From positions 80,930-132,118 of the forward strand of contig PS015167.1 of assembly GCA_048213135.1 (NCBI GenBank): 51,189 bases of DNA, read 5' to 3'. The notes beneath the pieces are model-generated. The model ran no database searches. It was not told the DNA's origin and worked only from the letters and a program-made list of their open reading frames with translations. This document shows, piece by piece, positions 25,015 to 36,745 of this stretch. Position numbers and translations under genes: made by a program. Every line of letters starts with the position of its first letter. Within the stretch, counting starts at the first letter, position 1. Source of the DNA: Reclinomonas americana ATCC 50394 (taxonomy: Eukaryota).

Positions 25015-26575
25015 ATGTTGTCGAAGGCGCATTGCGTGTCTCTCTCTCTCTCTCACTCACTCACTCACACTCAATCATCTCACACAGGTACTGATGGGCC
25101 ATGCTGGCGCAGTGACATCTGTCGCCATCACCCCCGACAGTCAGCACATTGTCAGTGGCGGTGGAGACAAGACAGTGCGTGTGTGGTCACTGGTGAGCGG
25201 GGAACACGTGCGACGACTGGAGGGACACACTGACGCGGTGCGTTCTGTCGCCGTCACTCCCGACGGTCAGCTGGTGGTGAGCGGAAGTGCTGACAAGACT
25301 GTGCGTNNNNNNNNNNNNNNNNNNNNCGCACTGTTTCGTCCTCACTCCCACTCATTATGTACTGCCCGTCGGGAGTGACGGCGACAGAGTGCACCTCAGC
25401 GGTGTGTCCTTCCAACCGTCGCACCTCCTCGCCACTCGCCAGTGACCACACTCGCACGGTGTTGTCAACACTCCCACTCACCACAAACTGGCCATCGGGA
25501 GTGACGGCAACAGACCACACTCCTCCAGTGTCACCGTCAAACTGTCGCACTTCTGCTCCACTCGCCATCGACGACACCCCTACAGTCATGTCCTGACTCC
25601 CACTCGCAATGAGCTGGCCGTTGGGTGTGACGGCCACAGAGTGCACCCAGTGTGTGTGTCTGCCCGCCACCAGCACCTCTGCACCACTCGCCAGCGACCA
25701 CACTCGCACAGTCCTGTCCGCACTCCCGCTCACCACATGCTGACCATCGGGAGTGACAGTGACAGCAAACACTTTTCCAGTGTGCCCTTCCAAGCGTCGC
25801 ACTTCCTCTCCACTCGCCAGTGACCACACNNNNNNNNNNNNNNNNNNNNNNNNNNNNNNNNNNNNNNNNNNNNNNNNNNNNNNNNNNNNNNNNNNNNNNN
25901 NNNNNNNNNNNNNNNNNNNNNNNNNNNNNNNNNNNNNNNNNNNNNNNNNNNNNNNNNNNNNNNNNNNNNNNNNNNNNNNNNNNNNNNNNNNNNNNNNNNN
26001 NNNNNNNNNNNNNNNNNNNNNNNNNNNNNNNNNNNNNNNNNNNNNNNNNNNNNNNNNNNNNNNNNNNNNNNNNNNNNNNNNNNNNNNNNNNNNNNNNNNN
26101 NNNNNNNNNNNNNNNNNNNNNNNNNNNNNNNNNNNNNNNNNNNNNNNNNNNNNNNNNNNNNNNNNNNNNNNNNNNNNNNNNNNNNNNNNNNNNNNNNNNN
26201 NNNNNNNNNNNNNNNNNNNNNNNNNNNNNNNNNNNNNNNNNNNNNNNNNNNNNNNNNNNAGTGTGGTCACTGGTGAGTGGTGCGGAGGTGCGACGATTGC
26301 AGGGACACACTCATTTCGTGTGCGCTGTCACCGTTTCTCACGATGGTGAGCATGTGGTGAGCGCGTCTTGGGATACGTCGGTGCGGGTGTGGTCCACGCC
26401 ACGTGCTCTTGCTGCGAAGGAGCTTGCGGCCGCACGATCGGCCACGGAAGCCGTCAACGAGCTGCTTGCCGAGGACGAGGACGACGATCGCGAGTGGATT
26501 CTCGTCGATGTTGTGCTGCGGTGCTTTGTGCTGGAGGATGCCGAGGTGATCGGGCGGCGGGCGGGGGGATGGTGA
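25015..26575 (+). CDS. WD40 repeat protein, array copy 1 (about 7 blades; middle contig 25327-25829 inverted in the assembly)
   Basis: Micro-exon MLSK 25015-25026, GC-AG intron, exon 2 from 25088. Flipping 25327-25829 gives a seamless in-frame join at both ends. Tail ...REWILVDVVLRCFVLEDAEVIGRRAGGW*. Confidence 0.85.
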
Positions 26576-26723
26576 TTGTTGTGCAATGAACCTCTGCAGT
26601 GAAGAAATGCTTCCTTTGTCGCTTCAGCAAGAGCGAAGGAGAAACGGGAATGATGGCGGGAAAAACAACTCATACTTGCTGAGTCACTCACCTACCACTC
26701 TCACGCTCACTCACGAGAACTGC

Positions 26724-27841
26724 ATGTTGTCAAAGGTAGATGTGCGCGTGTGTGCACGCAAGTGTGTGTGCGATGGTGTGCTTGCCTCACCACGTGTACC
26801 ATCTCACAGGTCTTGAACGGCCACACTGATGGTGTGTTGTGTCTCGCCATCACCCCCGACAGTCAGCACGTCGTGAGTGGGAGTTTAGACAAGACAGTGC
26901 GCGTGTGGTCACTCGCCAGTGGCGAAGAAGTGCGCCATATGAGGGTTCCCGAGGAATTCGTCACGTCAGTGGCCGTCACGTCAGTGGCCGTCACTCCCGA
27001 TGGTCTGCACGTTGTGTGTGGCAGCTGGGACTGGACAGTTCGTGTGTGCTTGTTTTCAGGCGAACAAGTGCGAGTGTTGGAGGGACACACAGGATGGGTG
27101 TGGTCTGCTGCCATCACTCCCGACGGGCAACACGTGGCGAGTGGAAGCGAAGACAAAACGGTGCGTGTTTGGTCACTGGCGAGTGGCGAGGAGGTGCACA
27201 GGCTGGAGGGACACACTGGAGGGGTGCGCTGTGTCGCCATCACTCTCGACGGGCAGTACATTGTAAGTGCGAGCGAGGACGAGACGCTGCGTGTGTGGTC
27301 ACTGGCAAGTGGCGAGGTGGTGCGACGTTTGGAGGGTCACGCCAGCGATTTATCCGTCGCTGTCACTCCCGATGGCCGGCAAGTTCTCGGTGGGAGTGTG
27401 GGCAGGACTGTGCGAGTGTGGTCACTGGCGAATGGAGAGGAACTGCGTCGATTCGAAAGACACACCAGTGAAGTGGCGTGTGTCGCCTTTGCTGTCGATG
27501 GCCTGCATGTTGTGAGTTGCTGTGATGATAAGTCAGTGCGTGTGTGGTCACTGGCGAGCGGTGAAGAAGTGTGGCGGTATGAGGGCCACTCGGAAACGGT
27601 CTGGGCTCTCGCTGTCACGCACGATGGTCTGCACGTCGTAAGCGGCAGCGAAGACAAGACGATCCGTGTGTGGCCCACACCCCGCGGACTCGCCCAACAC
27701 GAAGTCGCTGCCGCGCAGCTGGCCGTGCAGGCCGTCAACGAGCTGCTTGACGATCGCGAGTGGATTCTCGTCGATGTCGTGCTTCGGTGCTTCGTGCTGG
27801 AGGATGCCGAGGTGATCAGACGACGCGTGGTGGGATGGTGA
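26724..27841 (+). CDS. WD40 repeat protein, array copy 2 (7 blades, complete)
   Basis: Micro-exon MLSK 26724-26735, exon 2 26810-27841. Repeats of GH..V..VA.TPDG..VVSGS.D.TVRVWSLASGEEV and the same C-terminal tail as copy 1. Confidence 0.93.
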
Positions 27842-27982
27842 TTGTTGTGCAATGTAACTGTGCAGTGAAGTATAGCGCTTCCTTTGTCACCTCAACAAGA
27901 GCGACGGAGAAACGGGAATGGCGGGAAACGGAGACAATTGGCTGTCATACTCACCACTCTAACGCTCACTCACGAGAACAGA

Positions 27983-28728
27983 ATGTTGTCAAAGGTTCGC
28001 GCACGAGGGATTCGCGCGCGCGCGTGTGTGTGCATGCCTCACCGTGAATGGTGCATGCAGGTCTTGAAGGGTCACTCTCAGGTGGTGTCGTGTCTCGCCA
28101 TCACCCCCGACAGTCAGCACGTCGTGAGTGGGAGTGGCGACGGGACTTTGCGTGTGTGGTCACTGGCAAGCGGAGAAGAAGTGCGGNNNNNNNNNNNNNN
28201 NNNNNNCGTATGATGGTCGACAAGCAATTTGTCGCGTCTGTGGCCATCTCCTCCGATGGTGTTCATGTTGTGTGTGGCAGCTGGGACTGCACAGTGCGTG
28301 TGTGGTCACTGACGAGTGGTGAGGAAGTGCGGCGACTGAAAGGGCACACTGGTAACGTGTGGTCTGTTGCCATCACTCCCGACGGGCAGCTCGTGGCGAG
28401 TGGAAGCGAGGATAAGAGTGCGCGAGTGTGGTCACTGGCGAGTGGCGAGGAGGTGCACAGGCTGGAGGGTCACGCTGGAGGGGTGCGATCTGTCGCCATC
28501 ACTCCCGACGGTCAGCATGTGGTGAGTGGAAGTGGCGACGGAACGCTGCGTGTGTGGTCATTGGCGAGTGGCGAGGAGGTGCGACAATTGGCGTGGTACA
28601 TTCCGGGCTCCCTCGTTATCGCTCGTGATGGTGAGCACATTGTGAGTTGCGGTGACGACGTCGACACGGCGGTTTGCGTGTGGTCGCTGGCAAGTGGAGA
28701 GCGATTGCGTCTGTTTGAAGGACACAGT
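27983..28728 (+). CDS. WD40 repeat protein, array copy 3 (3' end lost in gap)
   Basis: Micro-exon MLSK 27983-27994, exon 2 from 28061; same repeat consensus as copies 1 and 2. Confidence 0.88.
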
Positions 28729-29016
28729 NNNNNNNNNNNNNNNNNNNNGGCCAGTTACAGCTGGCAACAGTGCTCCAGAGCAGATGTTGGCTCGGCTGCA
28801 GTTGCAGCTGACATTGGTGTCGCCCATGCAGCAACCCGATCCGTACTTGCGGGTTCCGCGTCCCGACGTTCCTTGCCTCGGTTGCAGCACCTCTTCTTGC
28901 TCCTCTTCTCTTTCTCTCTCTTTGCGCCTCCACATACACAACACGCAACTGCGCTGCAGTTTGAAAAAAAAGTTGTCATGGCGCCCCGCAGCGTTCGTTT
29001 GTCATCGAAACGAAAC

Positions 29017-31007
29017 ATGGCGACCAGCAGCGATGAGCTATTCACCAACGGTCTCGCTCTTCGCCCACTGCCGCCAGACACACACACATACACTCACTCT
29101 GCACCTCTCTCACACACAGTCACTCACGCCGGTCACGACATGCACGCCCTCGTCGCCTTGACGGTCAGCTCCGTGCACACTGACTCACACACTGACTGAC
29201 TGCCTCTCACACACGCGCTCTCACACAGCTCTTCCGCGACAAGGACATCATTGGCACACTAGGCGCGTGGCGACGCCTGGCCATCTGGACCGAGTCGGCG
29301 ACTGTGCACACGAGCGTAGCCAAGCAAGTCGACGCCACCTTTGTGCGCAATCTGTGCGCGCTTCTTCGCGGCTGGTGCACGCTGCTCGCGCGCGAACGCG
29401 GCCTCGGCACCCCGCTCAACTCGCCCCGTCGATTCACGGCCGTCGATCGCGATGTCATGGTCATTATAAGCAGTGCTGGAGAGGGAGCTGCAGCTGCACC
29501 ATTGGATTTCGATCAGCACGAGCAGCAACGAGAAGACGAAGAAGTTGAAGATGAATCCATGCTGCAGCAGCTGTCTCCGCGTGTTCGACATGGGCGGCGA
29601 CGAAAGATGACTCTGCGCGAGATGAGCGTGGCTGCGTCGTTGGCGCTCCGAGCGCTGCGGAATCTGTCACTGGTCAGTCGGCTGGTGCGCTCCACGGCCG
29701 CGGCCAAGAGCAGTGCGACGGGCAGTGTGACGGGGGCGCTGATTGGGTACTTGACGTTGGCGGTGGAGGATACTGAGTGGATGGAGTCGGCGCGCGATGA
29801 CTTGCGCGGAGGGGATGCGTTGGATGCGGCGACGCCGGCGGGGGAGGAGGAGCTGGCGACGATTGCGGCGCAGGCGTTGCAGAATGTGTTGGCGGATCAG
29901 CCGGTGGCGCGCGATGATTTCAATAAGGCGTTGGGCATGCCGGCGTTGGTGCGGCGGAGATGGGGATGGAGGCTTGCTCTCATTGCGTTGCTCTTGCTGA
30001 TTTTTGTTTTCTTTCTTCGTTGTCGCAGGTGGAAATCATGCAGCATGCCACCAGTGCGCGGTTAACTGTGGCGTGTCTCGGCGTTCTTCTCAACACTATG
30101 ATCGGTAAGTGCCATCTCCTCGGTTGCCCGGTTTCTTTTCGTCTCGATTATCCACATGCTTCTCGCCGTTTCGCCTCCTTTCCGTCTCCTCTCCCATTTC
30201 CCCCATGTCTTCCCCCATGTCTTTCCCCTTCTCTTCTCCCTTCTCTTTCCCCTTCTCTTTCCCCTTCTCTTCTCCCTTCTCTTTCCCCTTCGTCTTCCCC
30301 CGTCGTCTTCCCCCTTCGTCTTTCCCCTTCTCGTCCCCCTTTCTTTTCTCCCGCGCTCTTCCCCCTTCTCTTCCCCAATCGTCTTCCCCCTTCTCTCCCC
30401 CCTCACACAGGCCACCCCGTCAACGCCCTCGACGCCTGGCGCCTCGGCGTCGTCCCCATTCTGTGCCACCACCTCAGCAACCCATTTGTGCGCGTGCGCG
30501 AGCTCACGGCGTGGTGCATCGAGGGGCTGTGCGCCCACTGTGGCAACAGCGCCAAAGCCGACGTGCGTGGCTGCGGAGGTGTCGATGCCCTGCTGGATCT
30601 CGTGAACGACCACCGATGTCCGTCGGTGCAAGGTGGGAAGAAGGGCGATATGCAGGCTCATTTCCATTCGCGCTGACCTCGCGTGGCACAGAGCACACGG
30701 CATGGGCACTCCATCGTATGATGAGCGACCACGATGGTTTATACTTTCATGAATTCTGGCCTTTTTTGCCGCCCGTCGTCTCACCTCCTCTCTCCCTACT
30801 GCAGCTAATATAATCGAGGTCATCAGGCTCGGTGGCGAGGATGTGCTGGCGAGCGTCACGCGGCGATTCGAGGACGAGCTGGCCGCCGCGGACGACCCGC
30901 TCACCGTGCCGCAGGTGGAGATCAAGGGCTCGCTGCAGGAGGCCTGTCTCGACATGTGGGAAATAATTGTGCAGTGGCGCGAGACGACACGGTTACGCGG
31001 TCACTGA
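29017..31007 (+). CDS. Armadillo/HEAT-like helical repeat protein
   Basis: Seven in-frame exons. ARM-like segments: AASLALRALRNLS, AAQALQNV..FNKALGMPALVEIM, GVVPILCHHLS..VRELTAWCIEGLC, GGVDALLDLV..VQEHTAWALHRM. Stop TGA at 31005-31007. Confidence 0.8.
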
Positions 31008-31143
31008 AACTACAAGAGACGTGGCTCGCCCGCCCTCACCCATTTTATTTCCATTGTGTTGTTGTTTTTTTGTTGTTTGTTTTGTGGGAGTACCCAAGAA
31101 AATTGCCGAATCATCGTACAAGCCTGTTTCCCTTTTTCATTAC

Positions 31144-33938
31144 CTAGTACACGGCGCGACGGCCCGACGGTGGCGACATGATGCCGGTATGCTGCGCCTC
31201 GTGCTCCGACAAGACCGACGACGGCCGCAAAAACAACCCGTGATGCTGCTTGCAGTCGAAATATTTCCGGCCGTTCACCCGCCCGTCATTCATGCCGTAC
31301 GCCTGGTCCAGCTCAACGCCAATCCACAGACCGTCGGCAAACTCGGGGGTACCGACGTAGCGCACCGTGCCCTTCAGTCGGCGTGAGGTGGCCAGCACAC
31401 GATCACCGACCGTGACATGCAGCAGCTCACTCGATTCCGACTGCACAGACGACGCCACCGAGGTCATGGAGGTCGGTGAACCTCGCATCGCTGCGGTCGT
31501 GGCGGCGGCACCACCAAACGGAGCAGGTGACGGAGAAGGCGTAAAGGCCATGGTCGCCAAGTTCATCGTGTGCGTTCCGTCAGTTGCCCCCGAGGACTGT
31601 GGTGGTGGTGGTGGTGGTGGTGGCGGTGGTCGATAATTCGCACGCACAGCGTCGTTGTCGTACGGTCGCAGCGCATCGGCCATGAGGCTAAATTGCTGCG
31701 TGCGCATCCACAGCGCGCATTGACCCAGCAGGCCCTCCTGCGAAAGACAAGCGAGTGAGCGCAGGTTTCCCTCTTTTGCCATGACTATCTCCACTCACCA
31801 GCTCAGCTATTCTCTTGGTATCGCCCTTTGGCGGCAGCGGCGCGCGCGACATCTCAAACGTGAAACTCCCTGGCGACTCGGAGCGACTCTGCGGCCGCTC
31901 TTGCGACGTCGGCAGCGACGGCGTGCTCGTCACCGTCGGCGAGCCCCACAAGCGCGGTGGCGACGACGAGTGACCCACCAGCGTGTCACCCGAGTCCGAC
32001 GCCGCACCATCCATCACAGCGGCCACGGCCGCGCGTGTTGCTGCAGCGTCGACTGTGTATGATACGAATAAGCGAACTGGTACACTCATCAAAACTCTGC
32101 TCCTCGACGTACCGAGAGAGGCGTCGAGACGGGCCTCATGTTCGCGCACTTGCCTCTCGAGGGCCACCGCCCGCAACCGCAGCGGCTCGATCTTGTCAAT
32201 CACCACCTCGGCGCAGCGCGACACGGCAAGTACCCACTGGCACAGCGCAGCGGCGGCCTTGGAGATTTTGACCAGGTGCAGTGGGGCACGGGCGAGTGAC
32301 ACCTGCCCGTTGCCAATGGCCAGCGTGATCTGTCCCAGCAGCTGGCGCAGCTTGGCGACGCGCTCGGGACGCAGGCGATCAAAATGAAAATCGGTGAGAC
32401 GGCGCATAAAATCGGCGTAGTTGCCCATGAAGCGCTGCGCCTGCAACCACGTGTACTGCCGACCGAGCAGGAGCATCAGCGGGTCCATGACCACGTGGAT
32501 CTGCGAGATGGAGTGGAGGGAAAAAGGGTGAGCCCGTTTGCGGTCAGAAGAGAGACACAACACGGGATATCCCAGACGCTGCCCTCTTTGTCATCCTCAC
32601 CTGCATGGGGGGCTTCTCAAACGCCCTCAGCTCCTGCACCTGCGCCTCGGAGGGCAGCGGGCACTGATGTATCACTTGCGCGAGCTCCGGATACAGCTGC
32701 GTCTTGGCATTCGACAGATCCGACTGAGCGCCGGCCAACTCCAGCCGCATCACGCGCAAATCCGACTCCAGCATCGACTGCTCCGTTAGCGGGGGTTGCG
32801 GGGGAGAGGGCGACTGCAGCGGGTGCAGTGGTGTTGATCTTGCCGTCGACGACGAATCCAGTGCGGCAATGGACGACGCGGCGGGTGATTCTCCGCGCGA
32901 AATCGCACCATCGTACCACGGTTGCGACGACGAGGAGCGCGACACCGAGTTGGAGATGGTGGTGGGCGGCGCGCGGGCCCACTCATCGTCATCCTCGTCC
33001 TCCTCCTCTTCCTCCTCCTCTTCTTCCTCCTCCTCCTCCTGCTCCTCATTCTTCTTGTACTTGTCGTCACGCGCCGCGACGGCCGCCGTCACCGCCATCA
33101 TCGTGCGATCAATGTGCTGCAAGAAGGCATCCTCACGCGCAGCAACCGCAGCCGCCTGCGCTCGTGGCGACGACGCAGCCGCAGTCGGCGACGACTTGCT
33201 CGCCATCATCATCAACGCCATTTCTCGCTCTGCATGCACAACGCCGAGTGAACACACACACGCGTCGACGACAGCACCACCAACCACTACTCAACGAATG
33301 CTCTGCAAATGCTGCCTCTCGCGCACCACATCGCGCTTGCACGCCTCCAACTCTGCGCGCACCGGTCTCGCCCGCAACCACGCCCTCCCAAACGACGCAC
33401 ACGCCTCACACCACGCCTGCAACGCTCGTGCCTCGGGCGGCACTCCTCCCACCACCAGCACTGTAGACACAGGAGTCGTCGCAGGTGGCGGTGACGACGA
33501 CGAGGAGCTGCCTCCACCTGCAATCAAATTCGCCGGCACCGGCTGCACTGTAGACACTGCCAGCGCCTCTTCCACGCGATCCAGCACCGCAGGCGTGAAC
33601 TGCGCCGGATCGTACTCCATCAACAGCGTATAGAAGCCCGTCTGCGACATGGCCCGTCGCAGCTCCGTCCACGCAGTCGCCCTGCCCAGCAGCATCGAAA
33701 ACGCCTCGAGCAGTGGCACGAGTTCCGCAGGCAGAGTGGTGTGCGATCGCAACGCAGAGAGCGATGCGCGGTCGATGCTCGCTCGCATCGTCGCGCGCCA
33801 GTGCTCACACTCGGCCTCCACGCGCTGCACTTGCGTGGTGAGGTGCAGGCGTTCGCTCTCGGCGCGCATCAGACGCTCAATTGTCGCCGCTTGCTCGGCG
33901 GTGCGGAACGGGTCTGTCGAGAGGAGGCGGTCCACAGA
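31144..33938 (-). CDS. Protein with two dynein heavy-chain stalk/microtubule-binding-like modules and a C-terminal CAP-Gly domain (first exon not located)
   Basis: Module 1: LSALRSHTTLPAELVPLLEAFSMLLG..WTELRRAM..F...LMEYD..ARALQAWCEA..ARPVRAEL. Module 2: VQELRAFEKPP..IHVVMD..MLLLG..TWLQAQRFM..FMRRLTDF..KISKAAAALCQWVLA..KIEPLR. CAP-Gly: VGDRV..GTVRYVG..FADGLWIGVELD..GMNDGRVNGRKYFDC..HGLF. Confidence 0.85.
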
Positions 33939-34771
33939 CTGTGAAGAGAGGGAAGAGGTGAGGGAGAGAGTGTGTGAGAGAGCGGGCCCGGTTGATGACG
34001 GATAAACCCGCGCCTAAAATCGATCGCCTCTTTTCTCTCTCACTTACACACACTCTTTCTCACACACTCACTCACTCACTCACTCACTCACTCTCTTTCA
34101 CACACACTCCGCACACCAATCAATCACTCAATGCATTTCTCACTCCCTCACTCACTCTCCCACTCTCCCACTCACTCATTCGCTCACACACTCACTCACT
34201 CACTCACTCACACACTCCCGCACACACTCACTCACTCTTTCACTCACACACTCACTCCATTTCTCACATTTTCGCTTCCCCACACTTTCACTCTCCCACA
34301 CACTCATTCACGCTCTTTCACACTCACTCCCTCTCTCTCACACACACTTTCACTTGCTTCCACTCACATCACCGTCGCTCATTGTTTCTCGATATTAGTC
34401 CACGAAATTTCACTTGCAAACATTGACATTTTTGTGGTTCGTCGGAACGCGATCGCCACCTCCCTCTCTCCATGTGTGTGTCGCGTTCCTTTTGCGCACG
34501 TGCATGCATACTCCCTTGTGCATCATCGCTTTCTTTTGTGTGTGATTTTTGTATGTGGGGAATGTCGGGTTTTTTTGTGAGTGCGTGCGTCCCGAGCACA
34601 ACCACCAACCACACATGCTCTTCTCTCTGCGTGTGTGCGTGTGTACGCGTGCGCATGTCTCTCTTGCTCTTGCTTGTGTGCACACACACGCACTCGTGCT
34701 TCTCGCTGTCGTGCTTGAGAGCCGCGCCATGTCGACTCACTCTCTTGCACACGCACAGCCTCTCTCTCATC

Positions 34772-36745
34772 ATGTCAACTCCACTCGGCACCTCGCGATT
34801 CCCCGGCTCTCCCAGCTCCGTTCGCGGTGGTCCGTCTTGCCTGTGTAACAACACACACACACAGGTCGCGCAACCCGTTGTCTCACATTACTCTCTCTGT
34901 GTGTGTGCAGGCTTGATGGGCTCTCCGAACGGCGCCGCCAGTGCCGCAGCAAAGGCGTCGCCGCGAACGATTCTTGAGCCACTTTGTTGCGTGTTTTACT
35001 CGTGTTTTTTCATGTGCATGTGAGGTGCATTTGTTTGTTGATTTTCCGTGTGTGTGCCTATGTGCAGCGGATATGCGTGGATCGCCAGCAAGTGGAGTGC
35101 GGTCGCCGACAGGACTGAGCCCGCGAGGTGAGAGGAGTGATATGAGAGAGAGAGAGTGAGTTTGAGAAACGTGCAAGTTTTGCAAGACAGGCAGCACTGA
35201 GAGCTTCCTGTGCGTTCTCTTTCGCGTGCATGTGTGTGTGTGTGTGTGCGTGTGTGTGTGTGCGTGTGTGCGTGCGTGCATGTGTTTCTTGCCTGCTGAC
35301 TGTGAACGGTTGGTTGTTTGTTTCTGTTGTTTGTGTGTAGGTGATGCCTTGTCACCTGCGCAGTCGAAGCTGGTGCGTGTGGCGGAACAGGTGGTGGGAA
35401 GCTCGTCGGCTGTCATTCAAGACACACGAGTTGCGTCTTGTGTTTGCAATGCGACGTGCATTGTCGGAATAATTTACTGATCGTGGTGGTGTGTGTAGGC
35501 GCGAAGGGAAGCGGAGGAGCGGCGTTATGCGGATTTGGAGGATATGGTGCGACAGGTGGCCAAGGATCTGCGTGCGGAGCAGGAGGTCCGCAAGGAGACG
35601 CAGGACAGCTTGGAAGTGGTGCGTGGCAGCAACGATGTCCTCTCTCTCCTCATCCCTCCCTCCCCTTGTCTCTCTTTCGATCACGTGTCCATGACTATGC
35701 AACTGCAAACTGAGAACGGTCGATTGTCGTTGGTGTGCGTGTGCGTGTGTGTGTGCGTGTGGTGGGCCATGTCGCAGAAATTCCTCGCCACGTTGACCGG
35801 CATCGAGCGCAAGGGCTCTGATCAGAACGTGTCGGTGCGTGACGCGTTGGAGACGCTGGTTGCACGCGTGTCGATGCTGGAGAAGGAGAAGCAGGACGAG
35901 AAGGTTGGTTGTTTTATATTGCTGTGTTCGGTATTGTTATTGGCCGGTTCTGATATCTTGCCCCCCCTCGACATGCACAGCAAAGTCGCGACTACTTTGA
36001 GCAGCAGATCCGCGATCAGTTCACCAAGATGTTGGAGACGCGCTCGGAGGCCGACGAGGTGTTCCGTCGTCGTCTGCAGGAGGAGAACGCGCAGATGCGC
36101 GAGACGCTGACGCGCGAGAACCAGGTACGCCCACCACATGTTTCTTCTCACCTCGTACTTCATCTCACTCACCGCATACTCTCATTCACAGAGGATTCTG
36201 TCGCAATTCGACCCCATTTTTGCCACCATGGAGGACGTGAAGCGGCAAATGGCGCAGGATCGCGAACGACAGGTGTTGCTGTCGGAGCAGATTGAGCGTC
36301 TGGCGGGACAGATCAAGGCGCTGCAGGCACAAATGCAGGACGAGAAGAACAGCCGACTGGAGCAGGAGGTGATGCTGGTGAAGAAGTCGGAGGAGGACAT
36401 GCGACGAACACGGGAAAAGTTCGACACGGAGAGCAAGGCGCGCGACATTTCGCTGCAGACCATTCAGCGGTCAGTGGAGTCGGCCATCACCAACGTCCGC
36501 GAGCGTCTCCAAGTGTCTATCGACCAGCTTGACGAGTTTGTCAAGAGCCGTGTCGCCAGCCTCGATTCGCGGCTGGAGGAGCAAATCAAGGTGTGCACTC
36601 TTGCCAACTTGTCTCCCATGTTTTTCTCTCTACTCGTTGCTCAACCACGCCGCAGATTCGTGAGGCCGCCGAGGAAGACATTGTCAACAGTCTCGGCAAC
36701 TCCATTCTCGCCATTCAGCAAACGCTGCAGGACATGGGCCGATGA
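34772..36745 (+). CDS. SF-assemblin/beta-giardin-like striated-fibre coiled-coil protein
   Basis: Ser-Pro-rich head, then SPAQSKLVRVAEQVVG, a long coiled coil, and C-terminal IREAAEEDIVNSL..IQQTL typical of SF-assemblins. Nine in-frame exons; stop TGA at 36743-36745. Confidence 0.72.

Noticed and set aside
25327-25829. Invertible cassette (shufflon) within the WD40 gene
   Set aside because: The same gap-flanked inversion pattern occurs in gcvT and the DUSP; no inverted recombination sites or recombinase seen.
25088-28728. Regularly spaced ~20-nt repeat resembling a CRISPR array
   Set aside because: Spacing of about 126 nt and an open frame show it is the coding core of WD40 blades; eukaryotic context and no cas genes.
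28749-28944. Possible start of a Cys-rich gene on the minus strand
   Set aside because: Too short, truncated by a gap, and with no recognisable motif.
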